Shown here piece after piece: positions 26,501 through 40,975 of a stretch of DNA of 64,000 nucleotides; the first letter of the stretch is position 1; each line of letters starts with the position of its first letter. The stretch lies in the NCBI GenBank assembly GCA_013265495.1, contig MU061579.1, positions 1,981,319 through 2,045,318 on the forward strand. Reading direction: 5' to 3'. Origin of the DNA: Vicugna vicugna. Its lineage: Eukaryota. Under the pieces are notes generated by a model. The model did no database searches. It was not told the origin of the DNA and worked only from the letters and a program-made list of their open reading frames with translations. Both the position numbers and the translations under genes were made by a program.

Positions 26501-28810
26501 ACATTAACAGAACAAAGGATAAAATTTTAAGATAATCTCCATATTTGTAGAAAAAGCATTTGACAAAATTTAACATCCTTTCAAGATAAAAGTTCTCAGC
26601 AAATTAAGTATAGAAGGTATGTACCTCGATATAATAAAAGCCATATTTGAACAATCCACAACTAACATCATATTAAATGGTTAAAAACTGAAAGCTTTTC
26701 CGCTAAGCTCATGAAAAAGGCAAAGATGCACAGTCTCACCACTTCTGTTCAACACAGTACTGGAAGTACTATCCAGAGCAATTAGGGAGGAAAAAGAAAT
26801 AAAGCCATCCAAATCCGAAAGGAAGAACCAAAACTATCTCTGCAGAAGACATGATATAAAACCTAAAAGATGCTGTAAAAAAACAGAACCAAAGAACAAA
26901 TTTAGTAAAGTTGCAGGCTATTAAAAAATCAACATACAAAAATCAATTACATTTTTATACACCAACGATGAACTATCCAAAAAGGAAATTAGGAAAACAA
27001 TTCCATTCATCATCCAAAAGTACAAAATACTTAGGAATAAACTTAACCAAGGAAGTAAATAACTTGTACACCAAAAATTATAAATCACTTATAAAAGAAT
27101 TAAAGCCAACACAAATAAATGGAAAGACATTCCATGTTCACAGGTTGAAGAAATAATATTGTTAAACTATCTCAACAACTCAAAACCATCTATGAGTTCA
27201 GTGCAATCCCTATCAAAATCACAATGACATTTTTTACATATATAGAAAAAATAACCCTAAAATGTACATAGAACCACAAAAGATCCCAAATAATCAAAAC
27301 AATTTTGAGCAAGAACAAAGCTCAAGTCATCACACTTCCTGATTTCAAACTATATTACACATTTTTGTATAGTAATCAAATTTATAATAATCAGTATATT
27401 ATGGTACCTGCATAAAAACAGACATATAAACCAGTGAAACAAAATAGAGAGCCCAGAAGTAAATTGACACATGTATGGTCACCTAATCTTTGACAGGGTT
27501 GCCAAGAATTCACAATGAGAAAAGGATAGTCTCTTCAATAAATGGTGCTGTGAAAACTGTTTATCCACATGCAGAGGAATGAAACTGGACCCTTATCTTA
27601 TGCAATACACAAAATTAACTCAAAATAAATTAAAGACTTAAACATGAGACTTGAAACCATAAAAGTAATAAGAGAAAAAACATCAGAGGATAGCTTCGTG
27701 ACATTGGTTTTGGCAATAATTTATTGGATATGATACCAAAAGCACAGGCAACTAAAGCAAAAATAGACAAATGGGACTACAGGAAAACAAAACAAAACAC
27801 CGCCAATGACAAAAAACAAAACAAACAAAACTGCTCAGCAAAGGAAACAATCAACAAAATAAAGAGGAAACTTACAGAATGGGAGAAAATGCTTGAAAAC
27901 CGTGTATCAGATAAATAAGGAGCTCATACAACTCAAAAAATGAATAACCCAATTTAAAAAAAGTCAAAGGATCTGAATAGACATATCTCTAAAGACGACA
28001 TACAAATCTTATAAAAAGGTGCTCAACATCACAAATCATCAGGGAAATGCAAACTGAAATCCCAAGGAGTTATCACTTACCACCTGTTAGAATGGCTAAA
28101 AAAGTAAGTGTTGGTGAGGATGTGAAGACAGAACACTTGGGCCCTCTTGGTGGAGTGTAAACTGCTTTGACCACTATGGAAAACAGCACGGAGGCCCCTT
28201 AAAATAGTAAAAATAGAACCACCATAAGATCCAGCAATCCCACTTCTGGGTATATAGCCAAAAGTATACAGTATAGAGATATGACAGAATATTATTGAGC
28301 CTTATAAAAAGGAAAAAAAATCCTCCCTTTGTGACAACATAGATGAACCTGAAGGACATTATGCTAAGTAAAGTAAATCAGTCACAAATATTATGTGCTA
28401 CCACTTATATGAAGATTCTAAAGTAGTCCAACTCACAGAAGCATAGAGTAGAAGTATAGTTGGCAAGGGCTAGTAGGAGGGAGAAATAATACAAAATTTT
28501 AGTTATGCAAATTGAATAAGGCCTAGAGATCTACTATACCACATATTGCTTATGGTTAACAACACTGTGTTATATACTTTAAAACTTTCTGACAGGGTAG
28601 ATCTTATGCTAAATGTTCTAATAAAATAAGAGTGAGAAGAAGGAGGAGAAAAAGAAGAAAAAAGAGGGCAGGGAGAAACCTTTGGAGATGATGGATATGT
28701 TAATTGCTGTGATAAAGAGTTCATGGATGTAAACATCCAAATTAATCAAATTGTATATGTTAAATATCTACAACTTTTTGTACGACAATCATGCATCAAT
28801 AAAATGGTTT
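23585..28810 (+). mobile_element. Large 5'-truncated old L1 (L1MA/L1MB-type): decayed ORF2 plus 3' UTR
   Basis: Continuous ORF2-like sequence from the endonuclease start ('aacaaaatggcaacagtaagttctcacttacc') through the RT region; translated fragments such as 'PKAQATKAKIDKWDY' and 'KYLGINLTKEVNNLY'; many stops and frameshifts. Confidence 0.95.
24500..25495 (-). mobile_element. Younger L1 3' end nested antisense in the old L1
   Basis: Poly-T tail then 'gaagtatagttggtttacaatgttgtgttagtttcagg'; ORF2 C-terminal '[16 protein letters not shown]'; TSD CCAAGTATCTTT at 24488-24499 and 25496-25507. Confidence 0.95.
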
Positions 28811-29260
28811 CAGAGAGAAAGGGAGGGAGGATGATTGGAGTGGCTTTCTTAAAGAAGACGACATTTAAGCAAAGCGTTATCAAAGGGGAACAAATTGGTC
28901 TTATGAATATCTGCAGGTAAAGCATTTCAGAGAGGAGACAGCCAGTGCAAAAATCCTGCATTAGAATAACATGAGGCTTGCTAGAGAAAGCAAGGAAGGT
29001 GATGTGGGTAGCAGGGCATACTGAGGTAGGAGAAGGGGGAGATGGAGTCAGAGAAGTAACAAGGTTCTGGATCTATGACTTTTGATGCCTGTGGAAGAAC
29101 TTTGCCATTTCCTCTGGGAAAACAAACAAACAAAAACAAAGGTTGGGACATTAGATTTCAGCAGACGAATTATAGATGTCTTAAAAGGATCACTCTGGTT
29201 GATACCAGAGCTCCGTTTGGAAGAATAAAGAGAACGGGATATAGAGTTAGCAACAATTTT
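28810..29260 (-). mobile_element. L2 LINE fragment
   Basis: Purine-rich antisense L2 motifs 'agcatttcagagaggagacagccagtgcaaaaatcctg...ttaaaaggatcactctgg'. Confidence 0.6.
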
Positions 29261-30148
29261 TGCCACATCTAGTGCCTAATGTTACAAATTAATTAATTAA
29301 AAAATTTAAAAATTAATGTTCATTAATTTTTTACTGAGTGCATTTATACTGTCATTTTTCCATGGAATTTTTTTTTGCAATTATAAAGCAAGCTCTATAA
29401 TCAAAATGTTCAACTCAGATAAACGTGCAGTATTGTTCTATGGCTTCTTACTGTGTGGCCAATGTGGATTAACGTTCTTGTTCCATAATTCTAGTTACTT
29501 TAAATATGCTTCCAGTACTAGCCACTAACTTCCTAAACCCTCTCGAAGTTACGTTAGTCACAACGCATTTATGTACACTTTGCATATAATACAAGCTGTG
29601 ATGGGAGAAGACATGAATATTTTAAAAGAATCTTGTCCAAAGACCCGTATTTGCTTTTATATGCTGTAAACTAAATATAGAAAAAATGAATTCATTGCAA
29701 TGAGAAAAAATTTCTGCAACAAAATGCACTTAAAAGAGAGCTTTCTGTTAGATGGCATCTCCCTTTGCACATTTATGATGCTTTATGAATTGTGCATGAT
29801 TTTGGCTTATCCACCTCTACGCTGCTGCTAGTGGTGAAAGCAGTTGTAACTGTCTTGAAAGAGGACTCTGTGAGTCAGATTACATTTCTGCAGACTTCTA
29901 AATCCATCCAGTCCTCTCATAACACTTATCATTTACATTAGCACCACCATTCACTTAATAACTCTCCACCTCATCACTTCCCCTCCTTCATTCACAAACA
30001 CAATCAATCTCCGCGTCTGATTCTTTCTCTGAAAAGAACCTCTTTCTCTTTATTTTTGCTATAATTACCACTGTACAGCTGTAAAAGCTACTTCAAGTAT
30101 TTTTCCAGTTGTAATCCATCTCGCACACAACTGTTACGCCATGACCTT

Positions 30149-30590
30149 TGTATTTGTCAGGGTTCTCCAGAGAAACATAACCAATAGGATATATATGCAT
30201 TAGACGTAAGAAGAGATGCATTATAGGAATTGGCTCACAGTTATGGAGACCAAGAATTCCCATGATCTGCTATCTACAAGCTGAAGACGCAGGAAAGCTG
30301 GTGGTGTAATTCAGTGTGAGTCCAAAGGACTGAAAATCTTGGGGCTGATGATGTGAGTTCCAGTCTGAATGTCCAAGGGCATCAGCCCAAGCAGAGAAAG
30401 TTAATTTGTCTTTCTTTGCCTTTTTGTTCTCAACAGATTGGATGGTGCCCACACACATTTGTTAGGGTGATCTTCTTTACTCAGTTGATGGAGTCAAATG
30501 CTAATCTCTTCCAGAGACACCTTCCCAGGCTATTTTCCCAGCTAAGCATCCCTTAGCCCAGTCAAGTTGACACATAAAATCAACCATCAT
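30149..30590 (-). mobile_element. ERVL solo LTR (MLT2)
   Basis: 'tgtatttgtcagggttctccagagaaacataaccaatagg...gcccagtcaagttgacacataaaatcaaccatca'. Confidence 0.92.
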
Positions 30591-32417
30591 AGCCTTAAAG
30601 GAGAATTTGGCAGGTCATAAAGACATGAGGAAGAAGATCCACTGATGGTTGATGGTAACTTGACTACTTCCCAAATGGACAGAAGCAGTGAGTCCCATGA
30701 TAACTTACCCTCTCCTAGAGATATCTGAGACCTCATTGATTTATGAACTAAAAATGTTCTGTTGATGAAGTCTCTCTCATTATATTACTGTTTATTATTC
30801 TTTTATCTGCCAAGTATTTGACAATCCCAGGCCCTTTGTGCTTTTGTCTCTCCCCTGGCTCTTCACCCATGCTTTCACTGGCCCTTTTCTCTTTACCTAG
30901 AATTTTCTTAACAGCTATTTGACTAAGTGCCTGACAAGACTGGCTAGGAATAATTCACCTTAGCACCAGAGATTCTTCTCTCAACGTTAGCACCTAAATG
31001 TGAAACATCTGAAGCTGTATCACACCAGGCCCTGTCTCTCCACAGACTCTCAGGAACATGGTTTCTTTGTTACAGTTATGAAATGAAACCAGGCAGATCC
31101 TTGGATGTAGTACAAAAGAGAAAGTTGTAGTTTATGCATGTTGGCTATTGACTGCTAAATTAATTCAGTGAAGAAAGCTGAATCAAAACCCCAGGCTATC
31201 TTTCATAGTAAAAGTGAGGCAGGAGATTAGAGGAGGCTCAAGTAACAGGATAGTGAAAAGGACCAGGATAGGCAACAAGTTACACCCAGGAGAAGCTGTC
31301 AGCAGTGAACTCCAGTTACTGGGAAATAACGTGCCCAGAAGAATTCCATTGCTGAAGAGACTGGAAGGTATTCGAGCCATAAGAAGGGAAAAGGGAACAA
31401 TATAGGGATCCAGCCACGGGGAAAGATGGGCCCACGGAGGTTACCCAGCAGCTAATCAACCGAGTTACCTCACAGAAAGACACATTCCATGGAAAAAGGA
31501 CCCAAATCACAAAGTGACTAGGAGAGTGGCACCCAGAAACCAAGCCAGGATACAATAATATTTATTCAATTCTGCTCTAGGAATCAGTAACCAAGGGCAA
31601 TATATATTTTTCAGGCCTGGATATAGCATTAGTATCAAAGCCTGGAGTAATATTGAAGCATTTATGGATACTGAGAAATCATAGAAGGAGTCCTGAACTA
31701 GCATCAGCAATCATATTCCCACAAGTTCTTATTAAACATTCACTCTGCATATCTTGTTTGTGGTACTCAAGGCAGATAATCTTTTTGTCCAGACAATCAG
31801 GAGGGCAGCTTTCTGACTTCACTTTCACTACTGACTGCAACCATAAGAAAGTCAGAAACTTCTCCTGAGGGTTGTCAGGCTAGCCACCGCACAAGGCCCC
31901 ATTCAATACTAACTACCTGAAGTTCTGAAATTAAGCAGAGATCTGTGTACTTAAGTATGATTTTTGGACTGTTTGGATCAATTTTGATGTATGAAGAGTC
32001 TATGTCAACAGGTACCTTTATTTCTCTGCTAAAAAGAAACTTCTTGTTCTCTGATGGGGGCTTCATATTGCTCTTCCCTAAAATAATTGTTATTTTATCT
32101 CAAAATAAATGGATTTAACATACAGCTAATCAGAAATGCAGAAAGGAGTAACTGTCTTGGCACGAAAATCTCAAGATTAAATCAGCCAACCCAACAATTG
32201 AAAATCTTGAACTCTAGATTTAATGGAATGAGGACAAAATGCTATTGCCAGAAGACAGAGCTACAATTATGTGCTTTAAACAATGGCTGCATTGTAACAT
32301 CCAGGTATTAAGTAGAAATTCTTAATTAAAAGATCCTGTGATATTGCTACAGGTCCTTAAATTTATGAAGTACCCAATAAGTGCAGTTTGAATTTAAAAA
32401 TGCTTAATAATGAGACA

Positions 32418-32620
32418 TTAGCTAACAGTGAGCACTTACTATGTCCTTGGCACTGTAGTAAGAGCTTAAATACAGGAATTTGTTGAATCCTTATAACGAC
32501 CCTATGGAGTAGGTAAGTCTTACAAATTAAAAATAAAACCAACTAAACAAACAAATAAACTATGACACAGAGAAGCCAGGTAAGTTGCCTAATTTCACAC
32601 AGCTAGTTAAGTCCAGGCCC
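32418..32620 (-). mobile_element. MIR SINE
   Basis: 'gagcacttactatgtccttggcactgtagtaagagc...aatccttataacgaccctatggagtagg...cacacagctagttaag'. Confidence 0.8.
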
Positions 32621-35119
32621 TACCGGTATTGCCTTCATGCACCCTTGCTCTACTGTGTCCTCTGGGCTACGTGTCCCAGAGGAGATTCCAAAATTAGATG
32701 ATCATTCTTTAGAAATAACTATTAGTCATTTTTGCAAGGCTCCAAACATAGATTAGTTTTGCCATATGGCTGTTATTAACATTAATTAATACTTGTAAGG
32801 CATCTTATATATGTGAAGCTTTATACCTCAGGGTAATGTTGAAGAATGTATTATTAGTTCACCTGCTTCAAGAAACCAAACAAAAAGGTCCCAGGGACTG
32901 GGCAATTTACTCAGTTCTATTAGAGTTGATCTTGTCTAAGTGTTTAATGCTCTTAACACCCTGGGGTCACAAGTACTAAACTCACCAGAGTCCTTTTTGA
33001 CATTTATAGCAGGAAATCTGTTAGTAAATTTGCATGAGAAACAAAGTTGTGAAAAGAAGAAACTGTTTGGCAAATATGAAGGAAGCAAAAGGGTTGGAAA
33101 AGGGAAAAATAGGTGCAAGTAAAATGATGCTGAAAAATGTAGCAGGCTTTTTTATCTGGTCACATATCAAAAAAATGACTTTTAATTAATACATCATGAT
33201 TTCCAAGTCACTCTTCTGCGTCTTTTATGTATAATTATATAATATAAAACTTATAATAATTTTGAGGAATTAGTAACTTTGCCAACATTTTACAAATGCC
33301 TTGGGTAAAGACTATTTCTAATAATATTTTCCCTACCCCTCACCAAGTTTCTCTCGAGACCGCAGTTCTTTTTAGTTGTATCCAATTACGGTTCTAAAGA
33401 AACTGGAGAACTTAAACCTTGAGCAGGATCCAAAAGTTTTTAGCAGAGGCTCTGGTTATAAGGGTGGAGGGCAGAAGAGGGTGACATTATTTTTTCAACT
33501 AGATTAGAGTCCCTGGGAAAGCCAGTAAGCGGTAATGTCCTGGCATAAGGGACAGGGAAAACACGTAGGGCAAATCTCATTTCCACCTGCAATATTTTTT
33601 ATACTTAGAAGAACTCGCTAAATATAGGAAGACCTTGTTAAAAGTGATCAAGTCTTTCACTGAAATGGAAATGAAGTGACTAAATATTCCAGATGTATAT
33701 TATCATCATCTGGAAGAAACTTCTCCCTCTTTGTCAATCCCCTGAAAATTCCACGCTTTTCCAAGCCACCAGTCAGTGGACAAGGTAGTCCCAAAGTGAA
33801 AGGACCAAGATGATCAATCAGATTCATTGATTCCTTAGGGATGACTTTGTCCATAGTATGAAATGATTACATGGTAACAAATGCAGGACTGCAAGAAATT
33901 TTCCAGTCCCTGTTGATCCTACAAGCATGTATGTAGATTTTCTGAAAATTGTGAACCAAATGTACTTTGAAAAATGGGATTGTGTGGAAATGAAAAGGTA
34001 TTTTATCTCTCTTCAGGATGGCCTTCAATTACCGCAAGCCTTTTCATAGATGCTCAGTTACATTTATACCGATATGTAAAACATTACACTTCTTAAGCTC
34101 CCAACTAAAATAATAAGTAACTCTTACTTAAAAGAGTCTTTTCCTCACAAATCATTCAAGTGTATTGGTCTTCTTAATGTACACCTCACCTCATCTTTTC
34201 CAATTGTAACATAATACAATTTTAATTTTTAAAAATGTCAGAAATGTATGTTTAAAAACAAACATACTCTTACAAAATCTCAGCAAACATAACATTCCTG
34301 ATCACCTCTTTCTTTCCCAGCTGCTACCTAAAAAATTGTCGACCTAAATAAATGTCTGAAGCACCTGGAGTACAGAGCCACCTGCTTAAGTGTATTTTAC
34401 ACTGCATATTTAATACGTTTTTGTATTCTTTTTTCTGTAGGATTATAAAGCAGAAAGATTTTCATTTAATGCTTTTGAAAGGTAGATATTGTGAGTGTAA
34501 TAAAAAGCTGTACAGTGCATTCATATGTAACATTTGCACAACCAAGGTCAGGTCTATTTGTTTACCCAAAAAAAAGGGCAAATCTATGCATGATTCATTG
34601 TATTGGGCTCTGTAATGCCCAATTCTGAACTCTGCCAGGGTCTGATTGATTGTTCTATTAATACATCCAAGGCAAAAAATGAAGAATAAATCAAGCAATC
34701 CAGGACCAACTTAGTCATGCTACAGAGACATGGTCTAAAAGCCAAAAAGCAAAATCCTTCGCAAAGCTTGGCTGAGTACCTATTGACTGCCTGCTAAACC
34801 ACTGCTGTCTTGGTGAATTAGGCTATTCCGGGGGAGAAGAGGGGAGGCAAAGCCAGACGAGGGGGGCCAGAAAGGGCAAGGAGTCATGGTTGATACATGT
34901 TAGTGGTATCTGAGCTAATATTTGTAGGTATTAAACTATACGTGACCTGCATTTCCTATGATGAGGTGCTCTGTTTTTCAAGTTATTGCCCTTCCAGAAA
35001 TGTTCTTTTTAAAGTCAAAGTGCATCAGAGAAAGGTGATATATTAATAAATTTATTTGTTAATGACCAGCAAACAGAAAAGATCTTCAGGACAGGATGAG
35101 TTCTTTTTTGAACAGCATA

Positions 35120-35810
35120 TATGCATATTCTCAGCCTCCTCACCTCCCATTCAGTCATCAGCCTCCTGGAGTTTGGCTTGGGTCCCTACCACCCTAGCAA
35201 AGATCTTTTTATGGTCACCACTTATATCCTAATTGCCAAAGTAAAAGAGCACATTTTACTGCTTACTTTACTAAAACTTACTGCTGCTTTTAAATTGGTG
35301 AATCATTTCACTGTTCTTGAAATGTGCTTTCCTTTTACCTTGTCCCCACCAACCCTTGAGTGATCTTACACTTCTTCTTGCCCTACTTCTATATAGCCTC
35401 CTCACCCTCCATCCATTCCAGGCTTTTGTTCTCAGAACTCTTCTCTTCTTACTCCTCAAGCCCAGGTTTTTAGCATGAAACACTGTTAATCATTCCTAAA
35501 TCTATATACCTTCAGCACAAAATCTGTTACGGTTCTGAAAGCCACATACCCAAGGGCCTACTAAACTCAGTCATGGTGTCAACCCTCAACTGTCCTTATC
35601 TCTCATCAGCAAACCCTATCCATCACCAAGTAAGTCCTCTTGCTTTTATTACCTAAAAAGTGGCCTGCCCTCACCCCCTCCCTGCTAGTGCCCTGCCCTC
35701 CTCTCTTTCAGTCAACAGCCCTCTCTATACTGAACTCTTGCTTCTCTCAAAGGCTGCTAGTCTCTTGATTTGCCACTAGGTTTGAGCTCTTCAAATCTGT
35801 CCCCTGAAAA
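35120..35810 (+). mobile_element. L2 LINE fragment, degenerate
   Basis: Pyrimidine-rich L2-like tracts such as 'ggtcaccacttatatcctaattgccaaa'. Confidence 0.5.
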
Positions 35811-38800
35811 TTTGCCATCTAAGAGACAATAAACAAAATAAGCAAATATGTAAATATTAAATTATTAATTAAATATGCATAAATAATGCAAATATATAAT
35901 TATATATGTGATTAAATAAAAATAAAAATAAATCTGTAGAAAATATGTAGGAGAAAAAGTCAGGGTAGGGAATGGGGAACACAGCGTGGGGTGGAGCACC
36001 GCTCACTAAATACTGATAGGATGACTCCTCCCTACTATTTTAATTTCATGTCCCCAATTTTAAGTTTTATACCAAACTGCTTGAGTTTTTTTCGGTTTTT
36101 TTAGAATACACTATGTTGTTTGCTACTCCTGTATCTTGGTATATGCGGGCCTCTCTGCCAGCAATGTCTTTTCCTTCTTCACAGAGGAATCCATGCCCAC
36201 TTAAGCATCCTTGGACCTGCACTGGGCTGGCACAACGTTTGGACCTTCTAGTTCCATGTGTACTCCGTGCATTCCTCTACTCTGCAATTATGCTGTAAAT
36301 TATTATTTTCAGTTTATTGTTCTGTCTCTCTCAGGCAGACTATAAGACAGGGATCAGATCTTGCTCATATTTGTATCCCCAACATATTCAAATAGGAATC
36401 ACATTATTTGTCCCATGAGTGTATGTGTTTCTATGATTCCACAGTTGTTCACCTTCCACTTCTTTTCATATTGACACATTCTTTCTATAGATACACTACT
36501 TTTTTTTCTCCATTTACAGTTCAGGATAGTTGATTTAAAAGATCTTCTATTTCTTTCTGGTGTTTTTCATTTCTATGTAATGTGGTTTAAAATTCAGGGT
36601 AATCAGTCTAAAAGACTCCAAAATCAGTCTTTTATCCATTTCCAAATTTTTGGGGTAGGATGAGTTGAAGGAGGTCACACCAATGTAGTCCCCAAATCCA
36701 AAGAGTGCAAACAGTATGTGCATTTTTTTTTAATGTAGAGAAATGACCTCTCTGTAAAATGGGAGGATGGAAAGGGGAAAAAATACATCATACCTTTTCT
36801 AATCATAGTCACTGTATCACAAGAAAACAGAGACAGTTGAAGGAAACCTATAAACTAATAATTAAGATAGATAATTGAGAAAAATAAGAACAGAGAAACA
36901 AAATCAAAGACTTTGTACTATAAAAGTGGGTGGCCAAAGACACTACAATTTGAATTTTTGTCTCCAGATTTTGAAGAGTGTCACCTCACCACAATTTTAA
37001 AGCAGTGCTCTATTTACATTATTTTTAACTTAGGTTGTCTGATTTACTGTATCTTTTTCCACTTCACATTTTACACATTTATAGCCTGCTTAAAAAGTAT
37101 ATATGTTTGTGTATACATATACATATATTTTTATTTTTATAAATGCTAAATATATATTTTAAGATTTATGAATAATATACCTTGAGCTAAAACAATATTC
37201 TTGATAAAGGTGAACTTTTATTCTTAAAAATGTTGTAAATTAGATGTACTGACAGTTTAACATAGGACAAATTCTGCAAGTAAATTATTCATGTAAATTA
37301 ACAGAAATTTCAGTTTGTTGCTGGTCATTAAAATTAGTAATGGAAAACAAATAACCAAAAGGTAAGTCTAAACTAATTTATAACATCTCATTAAAAATGC
37401 TTTGTCAAAAAATAGTATCTTTCAAGTGAAAAGTAACTGGAGCAATGAATTAGCCTAGGTTTTAATTAAAAATTGAAAATCCAGTATAACTGTTACCTAA
37501 TTTCACCAGCTAGAAAAACAGAGCACAATATAATTCAGTTAAACTGATTTATCATTTATATTTATTGATGAAGAGATATTTGGAGCATTATGTTTGATAT
37601 ACGCTTTGCAAATTAATTACAAACAAGGTGCATAAGAAGGTGGGTATTTGAAAAGAGATGTATCACTCATATACCACGTAATTTTGCTCATATTAATATG
37701 TTCTTAAGTATCTGACAAAGCAAACTAAAATAGCTTTAAAAAATGTTAAGGATTAATAATGTGCATTACCCCGATACAGAACGCACAATAAGCAAAGATG
37801 AGCACTAACGTTTGGCCACAGACTGTTTAGCCATAGACTAGTTCTAAAACATAAGTGAGTAGATATATTCAAATAACCAAATAGCTTTCTATTTTCTAAT
37901 ATTTAATCCCATGCTGAAAAGCATTCATTTTTGTAATTTTCTTATTTTCACACTGGCCTCTGGACATTTTTATTTGCTATCCCTCCATATTTTCAAATTT
38001 ATCATCATTTTTCTACCCTCAAATGCCCTTTTCATTCTTCATATTACTTTGACTAATGACACTTGAGAGAGCCTACAGATTTTTCCGTAACCAGTGCTTC
38101 AGTTAATGTTATTCCCAAACGTGACATCCTTCAGTGACTAACCATTGCTTACTAAAGGAATCCCAATTTCCTTAGAATGCCATTTGCATCATTTATGACT
38201 TAGTCTCAAACTGTCTTTCTGGATTTAGCTCTCACTAAGATATATCAAAACTCTGCAGTATAATCAAACTGACTACATGTTATTGCATAGATGTATACCT
38301 TTTACTTTAAATTCTGAGTTTAGCTTGTGCTGTTCTTTTACCTCAGGTTTGAAGGGGCATTTAATCTAATCTCTAATTCCCTTTTTGTCAGATCTCCATC
38401 TATTAAAAACTATCCATACTTCAAGCCCTATTTCAAATTTCAACTCATCCACAAATCTTCCCCTTATCACCTAAGACATAATAATTTTTTCTTCCACTCA
38501 ATTCCTATTGAGGCTGTATATTAATTACATTTCTGTAGATATTTTTTATTTTAATACACCTATACTCAGAACCAATGATGGCCAAGACACTGTTAGGCAG
38601 TACAAGGGATACTGCAGTTAAAAAAAATACTAATTTAAAAAAATACTAATTATATTAAAAGATTATTATAATCTAATGGAAATACAAGGTCAGTGTACAA
38701 ATGACAATAATATCAAAAAGAGTGAGAAAGTTTTCCTAAGAAAAGTATATAAAAATTCTGGGGTTTGGGGGGATATTAAAATCTGCTGCTGAGAAAAGCT

Positions 38801-38942
38801 TCATTTGTGATGACAACTGGCGTAGATCCTGAACAAAATGAAATGATTTTGGCAGTCAGAGATAAGGTGCAGAATATTCCCAGTTAAATAAATATGAATC
38901 AAGGTACAGAGACAAAAATGTTCAGAGTATGCTCATGGATAG

Positions 38943-39331
38943 TGCTATGGATTGAGCTCTGTCCCTTCAAAATTTATATGTTGAAGGCCTAGTCTCCCGC
39001 ACCTCAAAACATAACTGTATTTGGAGCTAGAGCTATTAAAGAGGTAATTAAGTTAACATGAAGCTGTTAGGGTGGTCCTAATTCAATCTGACCCATGTCC
39101 TTAGAAGAAGAGGAAATTTGGACACACAGAGAGACACGAGGGATGCACACACAGAGAGAAAAGGCCATGCAAGTGCACAGCGAGAAGATGGTCACCTACA
39201 AGCCAGGGAGAGAAACCATCCATGACGACAGCTTGATCTTGGACTTCTAGCATCCAGAACTGTGAGAAAATAAATTTCTGCTGTTTAAGCCACCAAGTAT
39301 ATTGTTATAGCAGCCATAGTGAACTAATACA
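38943..39331 (+). mobile_element. MaLR solo LTR (MLT1B-like)
   Basis: 'tgctatggattgagctctgtccc...agaagaggaaatttggacacac...ggacttctagcatccagaactgtgagaaaataaatttctg...gaactaataca'. Confidence 0.92.
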
Positions 39332-40477
39332 GATATTTTATTGTTATGCAGCATAAATACCAAGTGATGGAAGATAAAGCTGTATATACATGTTGGAGTT
39401 AATAACATAAATAAGTTTAGTGAATTAATACATACAATACACATAAAGTAGGCCAGTATCTTGACTACTCAACCTACATTCTACTTCAAATGATTAATCT
39501 TAACTAATCATGGTAATATGATGCCTCTTGCTTGCCAATGGTCAACTTATGGATGGGCAATCTTAAGTCATTTTTGGCCAAAGAGACATGAGGTAGTAGG
39601 GATGCTTCTGGGGACAGTTTTCTTATCCATAAGAGAGAACAGAGGCAGAGATAGTCACTTTCTTCCTTCTTATGTGGTCTTGTTTGTATATGAGTCTGGG
39701 ACCAAAGCAGGCTTTTATTACCAGCCAGAGGACAAAGGGATTCCTGACAGAAGAGCAAGATGATGATGCCACTGACCTACTTAATCAATTCTCCCCTGGT
39801 TATCTGTTCTACATCTGACTCCCTATTAATTAAGATAGCAAATTTTTCATTGGCTAGGACAAATTGAGATACGTATAATGTTCCTTGCAGCCAAAAGCAA
39901 CTTAAACAAATACTAGGCTGAGCTGAGTAATATATTCTATAGTCAAAAAATATAGAATAGTATCATCATTAAAGAACTGTAATTAGTAGTAATGTTTTAG
40001 AAGTAATGTAGGTGGGATTAGAGTGAAGAAAGGCATGAAGTTGGTAGATCCAATTAAGAGGCTAATTATCCTACTGATATTTAAAGAGATTTAAAGCTCT
40101 TTCTAGGAACATGACAAGATTCTAGAGAGGGTGACAGTGGTAGTGGAAAAGCGTGATAGGATTTTTTTCCCCAGCTTGTTTGTTATTATTCAAATTCAGG
40201 TAATCATATTTTCCTTTCTGAGTTATTGTAGTAGTTGTTGTGAATTTATGCTCCTGCCTTTAAATCCACTACCTTACACTCATCCTTTTTCTCTGCCCTT
40301 CTAAAACCCATTTACCACATAGCTACTAGGATTATCTTTACAAAAATATTAATTCTACTCACATCACTTAAAATATTTTCATTGCCTTTCCACAGCCTTT
40401 TAGAATAAAACCCAAACTACTTAGCATCCTATACAGGACTTTTCATAATCTGTCCCTCTATGTCCCATCCTAACACA

Positions 40478-40897
40478 CTGCTTTGGGTTGAATTTTGTCC
40501 CCCTCAAAGAAAGATATGTTGAAGTCCTAACCCCCAATACCTCAGAATAAGACCTTAGTTGGAAATATAGTTCTTTCAAATCAGTTGAGTATATAGTGAA
40601 GTAGAGTGAGCCCTTAATCCATTATGACTGGTACCCTTATGGGAAAACAGCCATGGTATGTAAACAGAGACACATGTGAAGATGGAGGAATGGAATGATA
40701 CATCTACATCTGAGGGATGCTGGGTTGTCAGAAAGTAGGAGAGAGGCATGGGACAGATTTTCAGTTGAAAGGATCAATCCTGCTGACACCTTGATTATGG
40801 ACTTCTAGCCTTCAGAACTGTGAAATAATACATTTCTATTATTTTAAGCCACCCAATTTGTGGTATGTTGTTACGGCAGCCCTAGGAAGCTAATACA
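40478..40897 (+). mobile_element. MaLR solo LTR (MLT1B/C-like)
   Basis: 'gggttgaattttgtccccc...gatatgttgaagtcctaacccc...ttacggcagccctaggaagctaataca'. Confidence 0.92.
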
Positions 40898-40975
40898 CTT
40901 CTTTCTTTCCCTCCCTCCTTTTTCTTTCCCTTCCCTCCCCCCTTTCTTCTTTCCCTTCCCTCCCCATCTTCCTAT
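40898..40975. repeat. Polypyrimidine low-complexity tract
   Basis: Almost pure C/T, with TTCTTTCCCTTCCCTCCCC present twice. Confidence 0.85.

Noticed and set aside
23830..28400. Active or exapted L1 ORF2
   Set aside because: Broken by many stops, frameshifts, deletions and a nested insertion; only short fragments remain open.
33657..33854. 65-aa ATG-initiated minus-strand ORF
   Set aside because: No recognisable domain, convincing splice context or retrocopy hallmarks; the length is within chance.
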